Positions 63,096 through 64,000 of a stretch of DNA of 64,000 bases are shown here, in pieces. Under the pieces are notes generated by a model. The model worked only from the letters and a program-made list of their open reading frames with translations. It was not told where the DNA came from and ran no database searches. Source of the DNA: Marsupella aquatica (taxonomy: Eukaryota; Plantae; Marchantiophyta); the NCBI GenBank assembly GCA_973895155.1, contig OZ316895.1, positions 13,696,125 to 13,760,124 of the forward strand. Reading direction: 5' to 3'. Every line of letters starts with the position of its first letter. The stretch's first letter is position 1. Both the position numbers and the translations under genes were made by a program.

Positions 63096-64000
63096 AAAAA
63101 ATTTGACAATGCACTGGCATCAGGCTAGTGCTATAATTATAATGCAAAAATTTGTGAGGTTTTTTCTTGCCTTGCCAGTTTCCCACCTAAATAGAGGCCC
63201 CAGTAGCCTGAAAACATTAGCCAAAATGTGATGATTAGCCTTCACCTCGGGAAATCTTCTAAACTTAATAATGAGTATTTTGACAATCTTCTATTTCATA
63301 TGTGATATTTGCCACCCCTAAGGAATTTCATATGTGATACTTGCCATCCTGAAGGACAAGAAAACGAACATTAAAAATTAAGTACTATAGGCCGGGACCA
63401 GAAATATATTAGTGGACCCTTGTATTGAAAAAGTATTACTTCATGGACCCATGAGATTTTGCATACGTTGATTAAAAGTACATCAATAGCACTTTTCCTT
63501 TTAGGGGTCATGAAGTATTTCTGTCCAAAAATTACCCTGTCAGGTCCTCCTGGCCTGGACTTTTGGCAGTTCTCCTCCCTCTGTCCTGGGATCCAGGTTG
63601 GACCTAGGAGGCACACTGGTAGGGTTGGGTGTGCTCCATGCACTTTGACTAGAAAAGTCACTCATAGTGGCTGAGATTATTTTTATTCAATCTGAGATTA
63701 AATCTAATTGCTGCAATGAATAGAAAGTTGCTTTACAAGAACTCGAGTGTCCGTTGAGACTACATTTAAATGGTACAATGAATGGAAAGTTGCTTTACAA
63801 GAACTCGAGTGCCCTTTCCGGTATGCTGTCCAGCAATCATACCTACATGGCAAAGGATAGGCCCAAATAAATGCTGATATGTAATATTTATTTTGTCTAG
63901 AATCTTGTATCACCTCAAAAGGTGATCAAAGAGTTACAAACTTCATCCAAGGAAGAGTTTTCAGGAGAATAATTTTTTGTAGTGCTTAGCACTCTGGTGC

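Overview
Eukaryotic, intron-containing land-plant DNA, probably a bryophyte such as a liverwort (inferred from long leaders, short GT-AG introns, and CpG-rich genic islands between AT-rich repeat tracts). Five genes can be modelled by hand: a 7-exon RLCK-V-type membrane-anchored Ser/Thr kinase (-), a 4-exon class I acyl-CoA-binding protein (-), an intronless divergent PLATZ-like zinc protein (-), an intronless-CDS USE1 SNARE (+), and a 21-exon gene (-). The last is largely invisible in the ORF track. Spliced by hand, it encodes a ~876-aa protein: StARkin/IP_trans-type phosphatidylinositol-transfer domain, acidic tract with FFAT-like motif, B-box-like zinc finger, Ser-rich linker and DUF547 domain. 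This Nir2/RdgB-like architecture is the most notable feature. Intergenic DNA holds a decayed pogo/DDE_1 transposase that resembles an oomycete-type family (from recall), a MITE family with 8-bp TSDs and paired G-boxes, a Mutator-like insertion with a near-perfect 9-bp TSD, a receptor-kinase pseudogene fragment, LINE-like remnants and many tandem duplications. All gene models are manual and lack transcript support.
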